A stretch of 64,000 bases of DNA from Candidatus Hermodarchaeota archaeon. Its GTDB lineage: Archaea; Asgardarchaeota; Lokiarchaeia; Sigyniarchaeales; SOKP01. Under the pieces are notes generated by a model. The model worked only from the letters and a program-made list of their open reading frames with translations, was not told the DNA's origin and made no database searches. This document shows, piece by piece, positions 9,670-20,006 of the stretch (its first letter is position 1; every line of letters starts with the position of its first letter). The stretch spans positions 23,030 through 87,029 of the forward strand of contig JBHLLG010000006.1 in the NCBI GenBank assembly GCA_048885925.1, in the 5' to 3' direction. Both the position numbers and the translations under genes were made by a program.

Positions 9670-11928
9670 ATGGGAAAAAATTTAAAAATAAAATATTGTG
9701 CTGTTTTAATTACTATTTTATCCTTTATCATTTTAAATATTTCAAAAATCTCATACGCTCAAGATAATAGTGGAACTTTATTAATTTCTACTAATTTAGA
9801 ATTTTTTGAATTTTCAGAAATAAAAGGAGAAAAAATGAATATTAGTTCTATACATATTGATTTACCCGAACCAAATTGGACCGTTTCAAACATACAGGTA
9901 AATATTTCTGATATAAGCTTAGGTAGTGAAATTAAAATTATTGAAGACTCCGAAACAACGTCTGAATTAGTATGGAATAAAAATCCTCCAACTAGAACAT
10001 TGGGTCTAGGAACGCAAATTGAAATTTTGGAAGTTACTGAACTATTCGGAGTCTATATAAAAGGATACAAAACTCCAGAAGCGACTGAGACAATTAAATT
10101 CCAGTTACATGGATTTGATGAATATAATCATAAACCTAATAATACAGTCTATAGATCTATCGATTTGAATATATCTACCAATTTGGATTGGTATTATCAA
10201 GATTTTTCCTTAGATCCAATTACACTTCAAGTTGGCAATTATTCACTAGTTATGAATGGAACTGATCTACTCGAAAATCAATATGCGAGGTATTATTGGC
10301 AAAAAGATGACGTAGATCCTCAAATTCAAAATCTTTATACCTCCTCTTATATACTTACTTGGAATTCAGGTACAGTAAATTCAAGCTTTTTATGTAAATT
10401 GAATCAAACTGTTGATGAGAATTACCTTCCTACAGACCTAAACATGACAGTAGAATTTGATGGAAAAGATTATTTAATACCTGCATCTGGATTTTTAGAA
10501 ATTGCTAACATAACTTATTTTTCGGAGGAAATTGATTTGTATATTCCTTTTACAATCAATAAGTCGGTAAACTTAAATTTTAATTTCAATTCTACTATTG
10601 CTTTAACAAATGAGTTCTCAACAATAAGCTTGGTACAGATTAAAGAACTTAATAATGAGTGGTCCTTATCACCATCATTTAATAGAATTTCACAAAATTA
10701 TTTCGTAGAATTTAATTTTCCAAAGAATTGGTATAATTTTACAGTAAACAGAAAAATAGGTAGTACTTGGGAAAATGTAACCTCATTAATTGATATTAAT
10801 CCAATCAATCGAATTCTCACGATTCCAAACAATACCATACTGGTCGGTTCTGAATGGAGGATTATTGCCTATTCTCCGAATGTTGGGTTAGATATGAATT
10901 TTCCAAAGACTGAATTCGGTCCAGGTCAAGAAATCCAATTTTCAATTAGTGCTCCAATCCCACCTAGAAATATTATTTTTCGGCTAATTAATCCCTTAGG
11001 ATTTACAGCTCAATCAGATGCAACTTATACTATAGAATCAACAAGATTAGAAGATTTAATTATATCCTATCAGCTTCCTTCTAATCCTTATGAAGGAATT
11101 TATAAAGCTTACATCTTTTGGAACAACCAAACTACTGCTGGTGTAGTAAGTCAAGAATTCTTAATAACTGTTCCATTTGTTTTGGATCCAATGTTAATTA
11201 TTATAATTGTAGGAGTGGTTGCAGGCATTTCTATTGTCAGCTTCACATCATATAAACTTGCTAAAAATAGTAAAAGAAAACATGAAGAACATAGACAAAA
11301 AATTTTTAATAAATACGTTGATGTTTTAAATCTTGAGTACTTTATAATAATCCATAAAAAATCAGGGTTAAATGTATATGAGCAGATGCTGACAGCAAAA
11401 ACCATCGATGCTTCTCTAATCACAGGTTTTTTAGAAGCTATCCGAACATTTGGAATTGAACTTACCGGTTCTGGTCAACAATCTCAAACAATTAAGTTAG
11501 AATATCAGCAGTCAAAAGTTTTGATGTCCGAGTTTAAGAATTTTAGAATTTTACTTATTATGAAAGAAAGTCCTTCCCATGATTTCTTGGAATCAATTAA
11601 AGCACTTTCTTATGATATTGATAATAGGTATGGAAATTTACTCGAAAATTTCAGAGGAAATATTGATCAATTTGTAGGTATTAGAGATTTACTAGAACTG
11701 CATTTACAGACCTCATTAATATATCCATTACAAATAGTCAAAAAAGATGTAAAACTTAATTCTTATGAAAAATCCATGGTACATAGAGCTAAAACTATGA
11801 TGAAAAAGAAGAATATGGATTATTTCACTGTAACTAATTTACTATCAGTTAGAAAAGAATTTGATGCAAGTGATGCAGAAACAATTCTCCACTTAATAAA
11901 GAAAAAGATTTTTCAACCAAAAACCTAA
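9670..11928 (+). CDS. Single-pass membrane protein with cytoplasmic longin-like domain (paralog 2, tandem)
   Basis: Same architecture; ectodomain closely similar to 7137..9440 at protein and DNA level; IIIHKKSGLNVY..IDASLITGFLEAIRTFG. Confidence 0.75.
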   Translation: MGKNLKIKYCAVLITILSFIILNISKISYAQDNSGTLLISTNLEFFEFSEIKGEKMNISSIHIDLPEPNWTVSNIQVNISDISLGSEIKIIEDSETTSELVWNKNPPTRTLGLGTQIEILEVTELFGVYIKGYKTPEATETIKFQLHGFDEYNHKPNNTVYRSIDLNISTNLDWYYQDFSLDPITLQVGNYSLVMNGTDLLENQYARYYWQKDDVDPQIQNLYTSSYILTWNSGTVNSSFLCKLNQTVDENYLPTDLNMTVEFDGKDYLIPASGFLEIANITYFSEEIDLYIPFTINKSVNLNFNFNSTIALTNEFSTISLVQIKELNNEWSLSPSFNRISQNYFVEFNFPKNWYNFTVNRKIGSTWENVTSLIDINPINRILTIPNNTILVGSEWRIIAYSPNVGLDMNFPKTEFGPGQEIQFSISAPIPPRNIIFRLINPLGFTAQSDATYTIESTRLEDLIISYQLPSNPYEGIYKAYIFWNNQTTAGVVSQEFLITVPFVLDPMLIIIIVGVVAGISIVSFTSYKLAKNSKRKHEEHRQKIFNKYVDVLNLEYFIIIHKKSGLNVYEQMLTAKTIDASLITGFLEAIRTFGIELTGSGQQSQTIKLEYQQSKVLMSEFKNFRILLIMKESPSHDFLESIKALSYDIDNRYGNLLENFRGNIDQFVGIRDLLELHLQTSLIYPLQIVKKDVKLNSYEKSMVHRAKTMMKKKNMDYFTVTNLLSVRKEFDASDAETILHLIKKKIFQPKT

Positions 11929-11932
11929 ATAT

Positions 11933-12205
11933 TTATTTTTTAAACTCTTTTTTTTTCTTTTTCAAATTAGGAATTTCAATAACAAATCCTATTATCGCTA
12001 TAGTTAATAATGGGATTGTAGTTATGAAAAAAAGAATTGCAAAATATATATTCAATTTTTTATACTTAACTTCGATTTCTTTTTTCCTAATTAATTTGTG
12101 AAATCCTTCATATCTCAGTACAATGAAATTTTTTGTCCATACTAACATCTTAACACCAAGGACACATAAAACTATGCCAGCAACTAATGTGTAAATTTCA
12201 ATCAT
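11933..12205 (-). CDS. Small two-TM hypothetical membrane protein
   Basis: Two hydrophobic helices and a basic tail; fills an intergenic gap. Confidence 0.6.
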   Translation of the reverse strand: MIEIYTLVAGIVLCVLGVKMLVWTKNFIVLRYEGFHKLIRKKEIEVKYKKLNIYFAILFFITTIPLLTIAIIGFVIEIPNLKKKKKEFKK

Positions 12206-12302
12206 TTCAAAATCTAATAAAAAAAAATAAATAAGTATTTAAAACTTAATAATTAGAAGAAGGCAAATGAATTTTTAAGTATAAAAAAAAAGAAATATTT
12301 GG

Positions 12303-12890
12303 TTATTCAGATTTTTTACGCCAGACGGTAAAGTATACAATAATTAGTATTACTGCAGCAGGAATTCCTAATACAATTAAAATCCACATAAATGTTAGGA
12401 ACCATGAAGATAACCAATAAGTATATGGTAATGCGCCAAATTGAGTACGATAATTACCATCCACAGCAATATATATACAATAAGCAATAAACATGAAGAA
12501 ACTGAAACCTCCGCCTCCACCTGCCTCTTTTGCGCGACGTTTATCTTTCTTCTCTCTATCCTTAAATTCTTGTTTTTCTTCAGCTGGTAACTTGCGCCAC
12601 CATAGATATCCTCCTATCCCAAAGAATAACCCTGATGGAACACCTACAAATAGAAGTTCCCACAAAAATATTAGGATAATAAATCCAACAACCCAATCTA
12701 ATTTCCATTGAGCAATTGTTGCGCTCCCGTAGTTACCGATAGGACTTGTTTCTATAAACCAAATTAACACCAAAAGTGCACCAATCGCAGCACAAACTCC
12801 AGCAATAATTATACCGATAAATACTTTCCAGTGTTCTCGTATTTTCTTTTTCCAAAACTGTTCGTCAGCTAACTTTTTACTATCTTCCAA
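12303..12890 (-). CDS. Hypothetical four-TM membrane protein
   Basis: Four hydrophobic segments, charged loop ending in GGGGG; SD-like AGGTG upstream. Confidence 0.75.
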   Translation of the reverse strand: MEDSKKLADEQFWKKKIREHWKVFIGIIIAGVCAAIGALLVLIWFIETSPIGNYGSATIAQWKLDWVVGFIILIFLWELLFVGVPSGLFFGIGGYLWWRKLPAEEKQEFKDREKKDKRRAKEAGGGGGFSFFMFIAYCIYIAVDGNYRTQFGALPYTYWLSSWFLTFMWILIVLGIPAAVILIIVYFTVWRKKSE

Positions 12891-12982
12891 GGAAATTACA
12901 CCTTAAATTTATTAATTTTTATTAAAGAATTATCAAAAAACTAATATTTGGTAATATATAAAATTATCTACATTTATTCTCT

Positions 12983-13843
12983 TTAATAATTAAAAATCTT
13001 TTTCTTCTTTTCAAGAAAACTTTTTTTAGTTAAGATGTCCATTTCTGCATTTAACCAACAAAGCTCATCGTAAGTACAACTTGAATTGAAAACTTGTTCA
13101 GCTTTTTTTTTAATATCTTCAATAGAAGGCATATCAAGATTTATTTTTTGAATTTTTTCGGCTAACATCCAACATAAATCATTGTAGGAATATCTATCTA
13201 AAGAAAGATAAAAAGCAGCTTCTCTTATTTGGGTTTTAAGATCAGGTTCTTCAAATTCCTCTTTAACTTCTTCTTCTGGTTTTTCTTCTATTATTTCTAG
13301 TTTACGTTCTATTTTATCTAAAGGTTGTTCAAACTTCACAAATTTTATGGCTTCTTCACTTTCCTTTAGCCTTTTCAATAGTTCTAACTTTCTATGATCT
13401 TTAATTTGCTGGAGCCAATTTATTATTCTTGTTTCAGTCTTAATTTCTCTTTCTTCTGGAACTCCATCTAATCCAATAGATACAATATGTTCAGGAGACG
13501 TCTCAAATACAAATTCGGGCCTTCTTTCAATTGATTTTCCCGGGATAAGCCCCTTTTTAAGGTCGTGCATCATAGCCAAAAAAGATCCGTACTCTCTTTT
13601 CTGCTTCATGATAAGTATTTTTGTAGATCCACCTCGCTCTTTATCTATCTTTCTTGCTATATTCGCTGTAATATCCTTTTTAGATTGAGGAACCGATAAT
13701 CCAACCCAAATATAAATTGTGTTCTTTTCTTCGTCATCAACCAGATAGACATTATCCTCTTTAAAATCTAGCCACTCTATCTTTACTAAATCTCCCTTTT
13801 CATTAATGTTAAATAACTGCATTACACTCTCTCTTATGTACAA
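12983..13843 (-). CDS. Gelsolin/villin-like domain protein with duplicated C-terminal helical motif
   Basis: LDFKEDNVYLVDD..IYIWVG..KDITANIARKIDKERGG..KILIMKQKREYGSFL matches the gelsolin repeat pattern. The true start may be MQLF. Confidence 0.75.
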   Translation of the reverse strand: MYIRESVMQLFNINEKGDLVKIEWLDFKEDNVYLVDDEEKNTIYIWVGLSVPQSKKDITANIARKIDKERGGSTKILIMKQKREYGSFLAMMHDLKKGLIPGKSIERRPEFVFETSPEHIVSIGLDGVPEEREIKTETRIINWLQQIKDHRKLELLKRLKESEEAIKFVKFEQPLDKIERKLEIIEEKPEEEVKEEFEEPDLKTQIREAAFYLSLDRYSYNDLCWMLAEKIQKINLDMPSIEDIKKKAEQVFNSSCTYDELCWLNAEMDILTKKSFLEKKKKIFNY

Positions 13844-13993
13844 TCTAATAATATAGAAATAAATAAATTAAAAGTTTAAAAATCTTTTTTGCTGAAACTT
13901 TTTGTATATTCACTTAAGTTTTTTAGTGAAAACACTATTATAATTTTAATAAGCTATTTGAGCTTTTTAGTTTAGACAAAATTTTTAGTAATT

Positions 13994-14461
13994 ATGAGTG
14001 AACGAAAAATTGATGAAAGAGACTCAACCATAGTGGAATATGAAAAAATTATTGAGGAGTTAATGAAAGAAAACCAGACTCTTAAGAATAGAATCACTGA
14101 CTTAGAAATTGAGATTATGAAACTTAAAGAATCAGGAATCATTTTTGAAGAAATATCAGCTCCCGTTGTTCAAAGAGATATAAAACAAATTGAAGAATTT
14201 AAACCTATAACTCAAATGAAGAAAGAGGTTATTTCAGAACCTTTCCATTATCAAGATACTGTTTCTCTTGAATTAGGCAAAGGACCGATTGTAGAGGGGA
14301 TATCGAGAAGGGAATGTCCAATTTGTGGGAATACAAATAAACTACTTATTCATGAATTGATTGATAGAGATCGTATAATTTCTGCTTACCCGAAAATGTA
14401 CGGAAAAAAATACAAATGTGGTTCATGTGGAAGAGAATGGCGGTTACCTCTAGAAATGTAA
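13994..14461 (+). CDS. Coiled-coil plus C-terminal zinc-ribbon protein
   Basis: N-terminal heptad pattern; CPICG..CGSCG. Confidence 0.8.
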   Translation: MSERKIDERDSTIVEYEKIIEELMKENQTLKNRITDLEIEIMKLKESGIIFEEISAPVVQRDIKQIEEFKPITQMKKEVISEPFHYQDTVSLELGKGPIVEGISRRECPICGNTNKLLIHELIDRDRIISAYPKMYGKKYKCGSCGREWRLPLEM

Positions 14462-14616
14462 AAGTTTTGAATTTTATATATCCTCTTTATTTTAAGATTA
14501 TTCTTATTTAAGCAACATTAGAAATTCATTTTCTTAAACATGTTCAGATTTAATTTTATATTAAATTCTGCTTTATTAATGTTATAAAATAATTTATATA
14601 TATAATAGGGAATTTT

Positions 14617-14943
14617 ATGAGTGAAAAAGATATTAGGAAAAAAGTATTAGATTTAGAAAATCTATTGGAATATCAAAAAGGATCCGTTGTTAGCCGAACT
14701 TTAATAAATAAAGATGAGGGTACAGTAACATTATTTTCTTTTGATAAAGGAGAAGGCTTAAGTGAACATACAGCTCCATTTGATGCACTTGTCTATATAC
14801 TTGATGGAAAAGCTGAGATAAAAATCTCTAATGAAGATTTTATAGTAAATGAAGGTCAAATGATAATTATGCCTGCAAATCAACCTCATGCTTTAAAGGC
14901 GCTTGAAAAATTTAAAATGATGTTAATAATGATAAAATCATAA
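14617..14943 (+). CDS. Cupin domain protein
   Basis: GEGLSEHTAPFDA and MPANQPHAL. Confidence 0.9.
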   Translation: MSEKDIRKKVLDLENLLEYQKGSVVSRTLINKDEGTVTLFSFDKGEGLSEHTAPFDALVYILDGKAEIKISNEDFIVNEGQMIIMPANQPHALKALEKFKMMLIMIKS

Positions 14944-14986
14944 AAAACTAAAATGAATTTATATTAACTTTTTTCTTTTTATAATT

Positions 14987-15145
14987 GTGAATGATAAAGA
15001 TATTTCTGATGATGATTTAGAAGAAGAGTTAGATAAAGCTCTTAAAGCTAACGAGAAAAAAAGAGACGTTTTTAGTATTATGAGGAAGGAAAAGGAATCG
15101 TTAGAAGTTAAAGAAAAAAGACTTAAAAAAGATTTTAAGTATTAA
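14987..15145 (+). CDS. Small charged hypothetical protein (52 aa)
   Basis: GTG start: MNDKDISDDDLEEELDKALKANEKKRDVFSIMRKEKESLEVKEKRLKKDFKY; purine-rich coding-like composition; too short for the ORF track. Confidence 0.55.
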   Translation: MNDKDISDDDLEEELDKALKANEKKRDVFSIMRKEKESLEVKEKRLKKDFKY

Positions 15146-15210
15146 TAATTTTTTCAATATAAAGCTGTAAAACTTTAAAATTCCCTACTTTTTGAGGTTA
15201 AGGATTTTGG

Positions 15211-16422
15211 CTATTCTGAAAATTTAGGCTTAGCTAAAATATATAACAGGGAAGTCACCATGATAAACATCATTGAAATTGCTAAGATTACAATATAAAC
15301 TCCAGTGATCCCAAACATGATCGAGAATGGTGCAAGGGTCGTTGGAACTAAAGCAATACCTGTAAAATATCCTGTAGTTAGCGATCCAGCTAAAACTCCG
15401 CGTCGTTTTGGGGATAGTACTTGACTATAATATGTTATTAAAGTAAAAAGTATTCCTCCTGAAAGTCCAGCTAAAATCCAACCTGGAATCAAAAACATAA
15501 ACCTGTGAGGGTTAGTAATATCTCCTATTATCAATAAGCTTATGATTGAACAAATTAGTATTAACATACCAGTGAATAGTGGAATTTTAACACCTTTTCG
15601 CTTAATTAAATTTCCGGTTAAAATCCCTGTTATTGCTGCTCCAAGCCCAGCTAATCCTAGAACTAATCCAATTAAAGTTTCATTTATTATATGTGCTAAA
15701 GTTTTTGATGTCCAGATATTTATGGCTATATAGGTATAGGCGATTAGAAAACTAGATATTATCATCAGAATTACTGGTAATCGACGCCATTCTATTGAAA
15801 TTTGCCGTAGTAAATTACGAATTCCAGAATCTTCAGATATTTTTTGAGTTGGTCTTCTCGTCAAAATAAAGAAAATTAAGCAAAAACAAGTTATTATTAT
15901 AAATAATATATAAATTGACTGCCATCCAATTAAAATCAATTGAGAAGCAATTAAAGGGCCTAATCCAACACCTAAATTTGCGCTAGCACCTAGATATCCC
16001 AATTTTTTTGGAATATTTTGCAGTTGATTAATATCCGTAATTAATGCGATAAGAATTGGGTTTATAAATCCAAAACCTATTCCTCCTATTATATTAGCAA
16101 TTATATACATCCTAAGATTAAATGATAATGCTGCAGTCAACATTGCTATCAAAAATATGATCAATCCTAATATTAATACAGGAAATCTACCCTTTACATC
16201 TGATATAGCACCAGAAAATAGTTGGGTCAATGCAAATGGGAACATAAATGCAGGAATTGCGATTAATATATTGTCTGGTGTTACATTAAAATCAGCTGAA
16301 AGAACACCAAATAATACATTAATTATGTTTCCAGTCAACGGACCTAAAAGAAAAAGTAAAAATATTACATATTCAAGCCATTTTGAATAATGAATAGATT
16401 GCTCTTGGATATTTTGATTCAT
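15211..16422 (-). CDS. MFS transporter
   Basis: About 12 TM segments; motif A GAISDVKGRFP. Confidence 0.9.
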   Translation of the reverse strand: MNQNIQEQSIHYSKWLEYVIFLLFLLGPLTGNIINVLFGVLSADFNVTPDNILIAIPAFMFPFALTQLFSGAISDVKGRFPVLILGLIIFLIAMLTAALSFNLRMYIIANIIGGIGFGFINPILIALITDINQLQNIPKKLGYLGASANLGVGLGPLIASQLILIGWQSIYILFIIITCFCLIFFILTRRPTQKISEDSGIRNLLRQISIEWRRLPVILMIISSFLIAYTYIAINIWTSKTLAHIINETLIGLVLGLAGLGAAITGILTGNLIKRKGVKIPLFTGMLILICSIISLLIIGDITNPHRFMFLIPGWILAGLSGGILFTLITYYSQVLSPKRRGVLAGSLTTGYFTGIALVPTTLAPFSIMFGITGVYIVILAISMMFIMVTSLLYILAKPKFSE

Positions 16423-16504
16423 GTCTTTTTTTATTGGTAATTCTTATTTAAAGTATTGTTTTTTAATTTAAAGGAAAATTACTATCATTATTAATGGATT
16501 AAAG

Positions 16505-16972
16505 ATGTTAGAAATCAAGCAAGTTAACTCGGAAGAACAAATAAAACTAACCCGTAAACTTTTCATTGAATATGCTAAGTACCTAGATTTTGATTTGGAC
16601 TTTCAAAATTTTGAAGAGGAGTTAAAAACATTGCCAGGGGATTATTCACCCCCAGATGGACGTATTTTATTAGCTTTTTATAATGATAACTTAGCTGGAT
16701 GTGTAGGTTTACGAAAATTTAAAGATGAAATATGTGAAATGAAAAGATTATATGTACGACCAGAATTTCGTAAAAAAAGAATTGGAAGGGCTTTATCCGA
16801 TGCAATTATCAATCAAGCGCTTAAAATAGGTTATCACTTCATGCGTTTGGACACGCTACCTCATATGAAAGTAGCAATTGCGCTTTATCTTTCATTAGGA
16901 TTTAAAGAAATAAAACCGTATTGTTATAATCCCTTTGAAGGTGCGAAATTCTTCGAATTAAATTTATCCTAA
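16505..16972 (+). CDS. GNAT family N-acetyltransferase
   Basis: CEMKRLYVRPEFRKKRIGR and AIALYLSLGF. Confidence 0.92.
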   Translation: MLEIKQVNSEEQIKLTRKLFIEYAKYLDFDLDFQNFEEELKTLPGDYSPPDGRILLAFYNDNLAGCVGLRKFKDEICEMKRLYVRPEFRKKRIGRALSDAIINQALKIGYHFMRLDTLPHMKVAIALYLSLGFKEIKPYCYNPFEGAKFFELNLS

Positions 16973-17068
16973 AAATTTTTTAATTTTCAAAATAAGTATC
17001 AAAACATTTATATAGTAGTTTTTCTCAATTCTGTAATGACTTTAATTTTCATAATAAAGTCAAAAAAA

Positions 17069-17074
17069 AGGTGA
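17069..17074 (+). promoter_or_regulatory. Shine-Dalgarno-like site AGGTGA
   Basis: Ends 4 nt before the ATG at 17079; the same motif precedes the TTG at 63160. Confidence 0.6.
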
Positions 17075-17078
17075 AATC

Positions 17079-20006
17079 ATGTATCTTAAAAAAATTAGAA
17101 TATTTTCAATTGCGGTTCTATTAATCTTAGGATTATGTATTTTTGTAACCCCAGTTTTTTCTTGGTCTTTTGATAAAAATTGGAATAAAAAGTGTGAACC
17201 TAGAGTACCCGCTGAAGATGAAATTTTCGGTTGGATTGAGGATTTGTGGAAAATAGGCGATCAAGGTCAATATGGTTATCGAATGCCAGGAACGTCCGCA
17301 GATCATGAAGGTGCCGAATATGTTTTAGAGAAATTCGAGGACTTCGGATTAGAAGATACATTTATGGAACCTGTATCTATACCTGTGAATTTTCCTGATG
17401 TATGGAGTTTAACAACACACGTAGGTGGAGTAGATACATCTATACCTTGTGGTTTTGTTCGTTATGCTAGTTTCACTCCTCCAGAAGGAATTAGAAGAGA
17501 AATGATTTATGTAGGTATGGGATCTCCTGATGATTTTGCATTAGCAGATAGTACTAGTGGTGTAGCAGATAAAATAGTTGTCGTAGATTTGGTTGCTCCT
17601 GGTATTCCAATGGCCGTGGTTGAACTTTTTTCATTATTTAGTTATGACCCAGATAATACATTTCCCGGAGATAAGATTACTGAAAATTGGCCTGTAGCTA
17701 ATATCAACAGTGCATATGACTTAGCTGCTGGATATGGAGCTGCTGGATTTATTGGCATACTTACATTTACAGCTAATGATATCCATCAATACTTACATGC
17801 ATATGTTGATGGTTCTATTCCAGGACTTTATATAAGCCCAAATGATGGTAATGATTTAAGGAGTTTATTATTGAGTGGAACTCCAGTTGAAGCGACAATG
17901 GTTTTAACTGGCTACATAGGAACAGGCCTAACTTACAATGTTTATGGTTTTCTACCAGGTAAATCAGATGAAACTATTGTTGTAGTTTCTCACCATGATG
18001 GATGGGCAACTAATGAAGCTTCAGGAATGTCGGTAGTTATGGCTTTGGCAAAATATTTTGCGAAGATTCCTAAATGCCATAGAGAAAAATCAATGATATT
18101 TCTTGGACTATCAAGTCATTTTGGTATACGACCTAGTTTATTAGATATGTGTCCACAAATTGCCGCAGTCGTAGATAAAATCGTTGCTGATATTAGCGTT
18201 GAGATGATTTCAAAACAATATAGAATTATAAATGGGGAATTTGTCGAAACTGGTTTAATTTCTCCAAGAGCACTATTTGTTTCAGGACTCCCAGGATCGG
18301 GAAATCCATATCTATTAGATTTTGCTGCGGAAGCTATTGTTGAAAATGATTTAGTTCGTACATCCATCCAACCAGCTTCTGGAGGTCTTTTTCCTAACGC
18401 ACCAGGAGAAGGCGGATTATTTGATGCTATAGGAATACCAACTGTACATCTTATAGCACATAATGCTCCTCAATTCACTAATATGGATACTCCTGAAACT
18501 GTAGCTAAAGATGCTCTAGTACCTACGGTAAAAGCTTTAAGAGACATAATTAACCAAATTGATGAAACTCCAACACCGTTATTGAAATGGGATATGACTG
18601 TAGATGCTCGGAGCGTGAAAGCATATCCTGAACTAAGAGAATATATTTGGGAGTTAGAAAGGCCTCCATTTGGTCAATTTGATAGAATAGGTTTACATAG
18701 ATTAGTGAAAACAGATATTAAACCAGAAGGAGTAGTATTCATCTTACCGGGAACTTGGAGTAACGGTGAACAATTAACTTCAAACCCGCCTGAAGACTGG
18801 TGGACACATGATGAAGATCATAGCTTTGCCTTCTATCTAGCAAATAGAAATTTTGATGTCTATGCAATAGATTACAGAACCCACTTTGTAAATCAATATT
18901 TGAATCCTCCTGATCTTGCCTTTATGGCAGAATGGGGTTGGGATGAGTGGATAAGTGACATAAAGGAAGCAGTAGAATTAGCGAAAGTAGTATCTGGAGT
19001 TGATAGAGTATATATAGCCGGTGATAGTTTTGGTGGAAGTGCTGCTATGAATTATGCGTCAATGTATTGGAATGAAGATCTCAAAGGGATTCTCTTACGG
19101 GATGGTGGAACCGGAGCTAAATACCCTGAATTAGTTACTAATTCATACAACTTACCAGCAATAATAGCTGGAATGATAGCAACAGGTCAATGGTCTAGTG
19201 AAGTAGGTGGTACTCCCGGGTCAACATTTGTAATGCAATATGCTGATCAGTATCCTAATGCTCCTGCTGAATTTCCACCAGGAAATCCACTTGCTCCTAC
19301 AATTAATCCTTTTACAGGTTTGCCTTGGGCAAATATTAGAGAGTGGGCTGCATTCATGATATATATGGCATGGGGTCCTGGTGTGGTTACTAATATCTAT
19401 GGAGGTTATGGTGATGCTGCTGTAATGATCCATATTGACGCTACATTTGACAGATATTGGCCTACAAGATTAAATCTTGAAAGCGCTGCAATAAGGGATT
19501 GGGACAACTGCCCATATGTAGCATTTGATTTCGATGATCATTATTCTGAGATTGATGTTCCCATACTTGCATTTACAAGTGAATTAATGGGTTTAGCTTA
19601 TTGGGGACCATTTAAACACGGTATTGCTAATCCAGACTTTACAGGAATTTATTTATGGGGTTATGGTCATTTAGATGTTTATTCAGGTGAATATTCAGCA
19701 GAAGAAGTGAGTCAACCTACTTATGAGTGGCTAATGAGCCATAGAATGCTTGCTGGATTCGGCAGAATTTGGTACGATGGAGGATGGATCTGGGGAGAAG
19801 CAGCAATCTATATTAATGCATCTACAATTGAACTAAGGATTAATGAAATTCGTGTATCATGGGATATTCTTAGTATATGCATTAGTCATAAGCACGAGAT
19901 TTATAGAGGAAAGAATGATTACAGTAGAATTACAGTGATAATAACTAAAAAAGGATTTTCAACTGCCAGCGGTTATAAAGTTTTCTTTATGGGTGTCAAA
20001 TTATAA
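17079..20006 (+). CDS. Secreted PA-domain/M28-like peptidase fused to alpha/beta hydrolase
   Basis: Signal peptide; RMPGT, PA-like insert and SHHDG..NEASG (M28-like); then GDSFGG nucleophile elbow and GYGHLD. Confidence 0.7.
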   Translation: MYLKKIRIFSIAVLLILGLCIFVTPVFSWSFDKNWNKKCEPRVPAEDEIFGWIEDLWKIGDQGQYGYRMPGTSADHEGAEYVLEKFEDFGLEDTFMEPVSIPVNFPDVWSLTTHVGGVDTSIPCGFVRYASFTPPEGIRREMIYVGMGSPDDFALADSTSGVADKIVVVDLVAPGIPMAVVELFSLFSYDPDNTFPGDKITENWPVANINSAYDLAAGYGAAGFIGILTFTANDIHQYLHAYVDGSIPGLYISPNDGNDLRSLLLSGTPVEATMVLTGYIGTGLTYNVYGFLPGKSDETIVVVSHHDGWATNEASGMSVVMALAKYFAKIPKCHREKSMIFLGLSSHFGIRPSLLDMCPQIAAVVDKIVADISVEMISKQYRIINGEFVETGLISPRALFVSGLPGSGNPYLLDFAAEAIVENDLVRTSIQPASGGLFPNAPGEGGLFDAIGIPTVHLIAHNAPQFTNMDTPETVAKDALVPTVKALRDIINQIDETPTPLLKWDMTVDARSVKAYPELREYIWELERPPFGQFDRIGLHRLVKTDIKPEGVVFILPGTWSNGEQLTSNPPEDWWTHDEDHSFAFYLANRNFDVYAIDYRTHFVNQYLNPPDLAFMAEWGWDEWISDIKEAVELAKVVSGVDRVYIAGDSFGGSAAMNYASMYWNEDLKGILLRDGGTGAKYPELVTNSYNLPAIIAGMIATGQWSSEVGGTPGSTFVMQYADQYPNAPAEFPPGNPLAPTINPFTGLPWANIREWAAFMIYMAWGPGVVTNIYGGYGDAAVMIHIDATFDRYWPTRLNLESAAIRDWDNCPYVAFDFDDHYSEIDVPILAFTSELMGLAYWGPFKHGIANPDFTGIYLWGYGHLDVYSGEYSAEEVSQPTYEWLMSHRMLAGFGRIWYDGGWIWGEAAIYINASTIELRINEIRVSWDILSICISHKHEIYRGKNDYSRITVIITKKGFSTASGYKVFFMGVKL

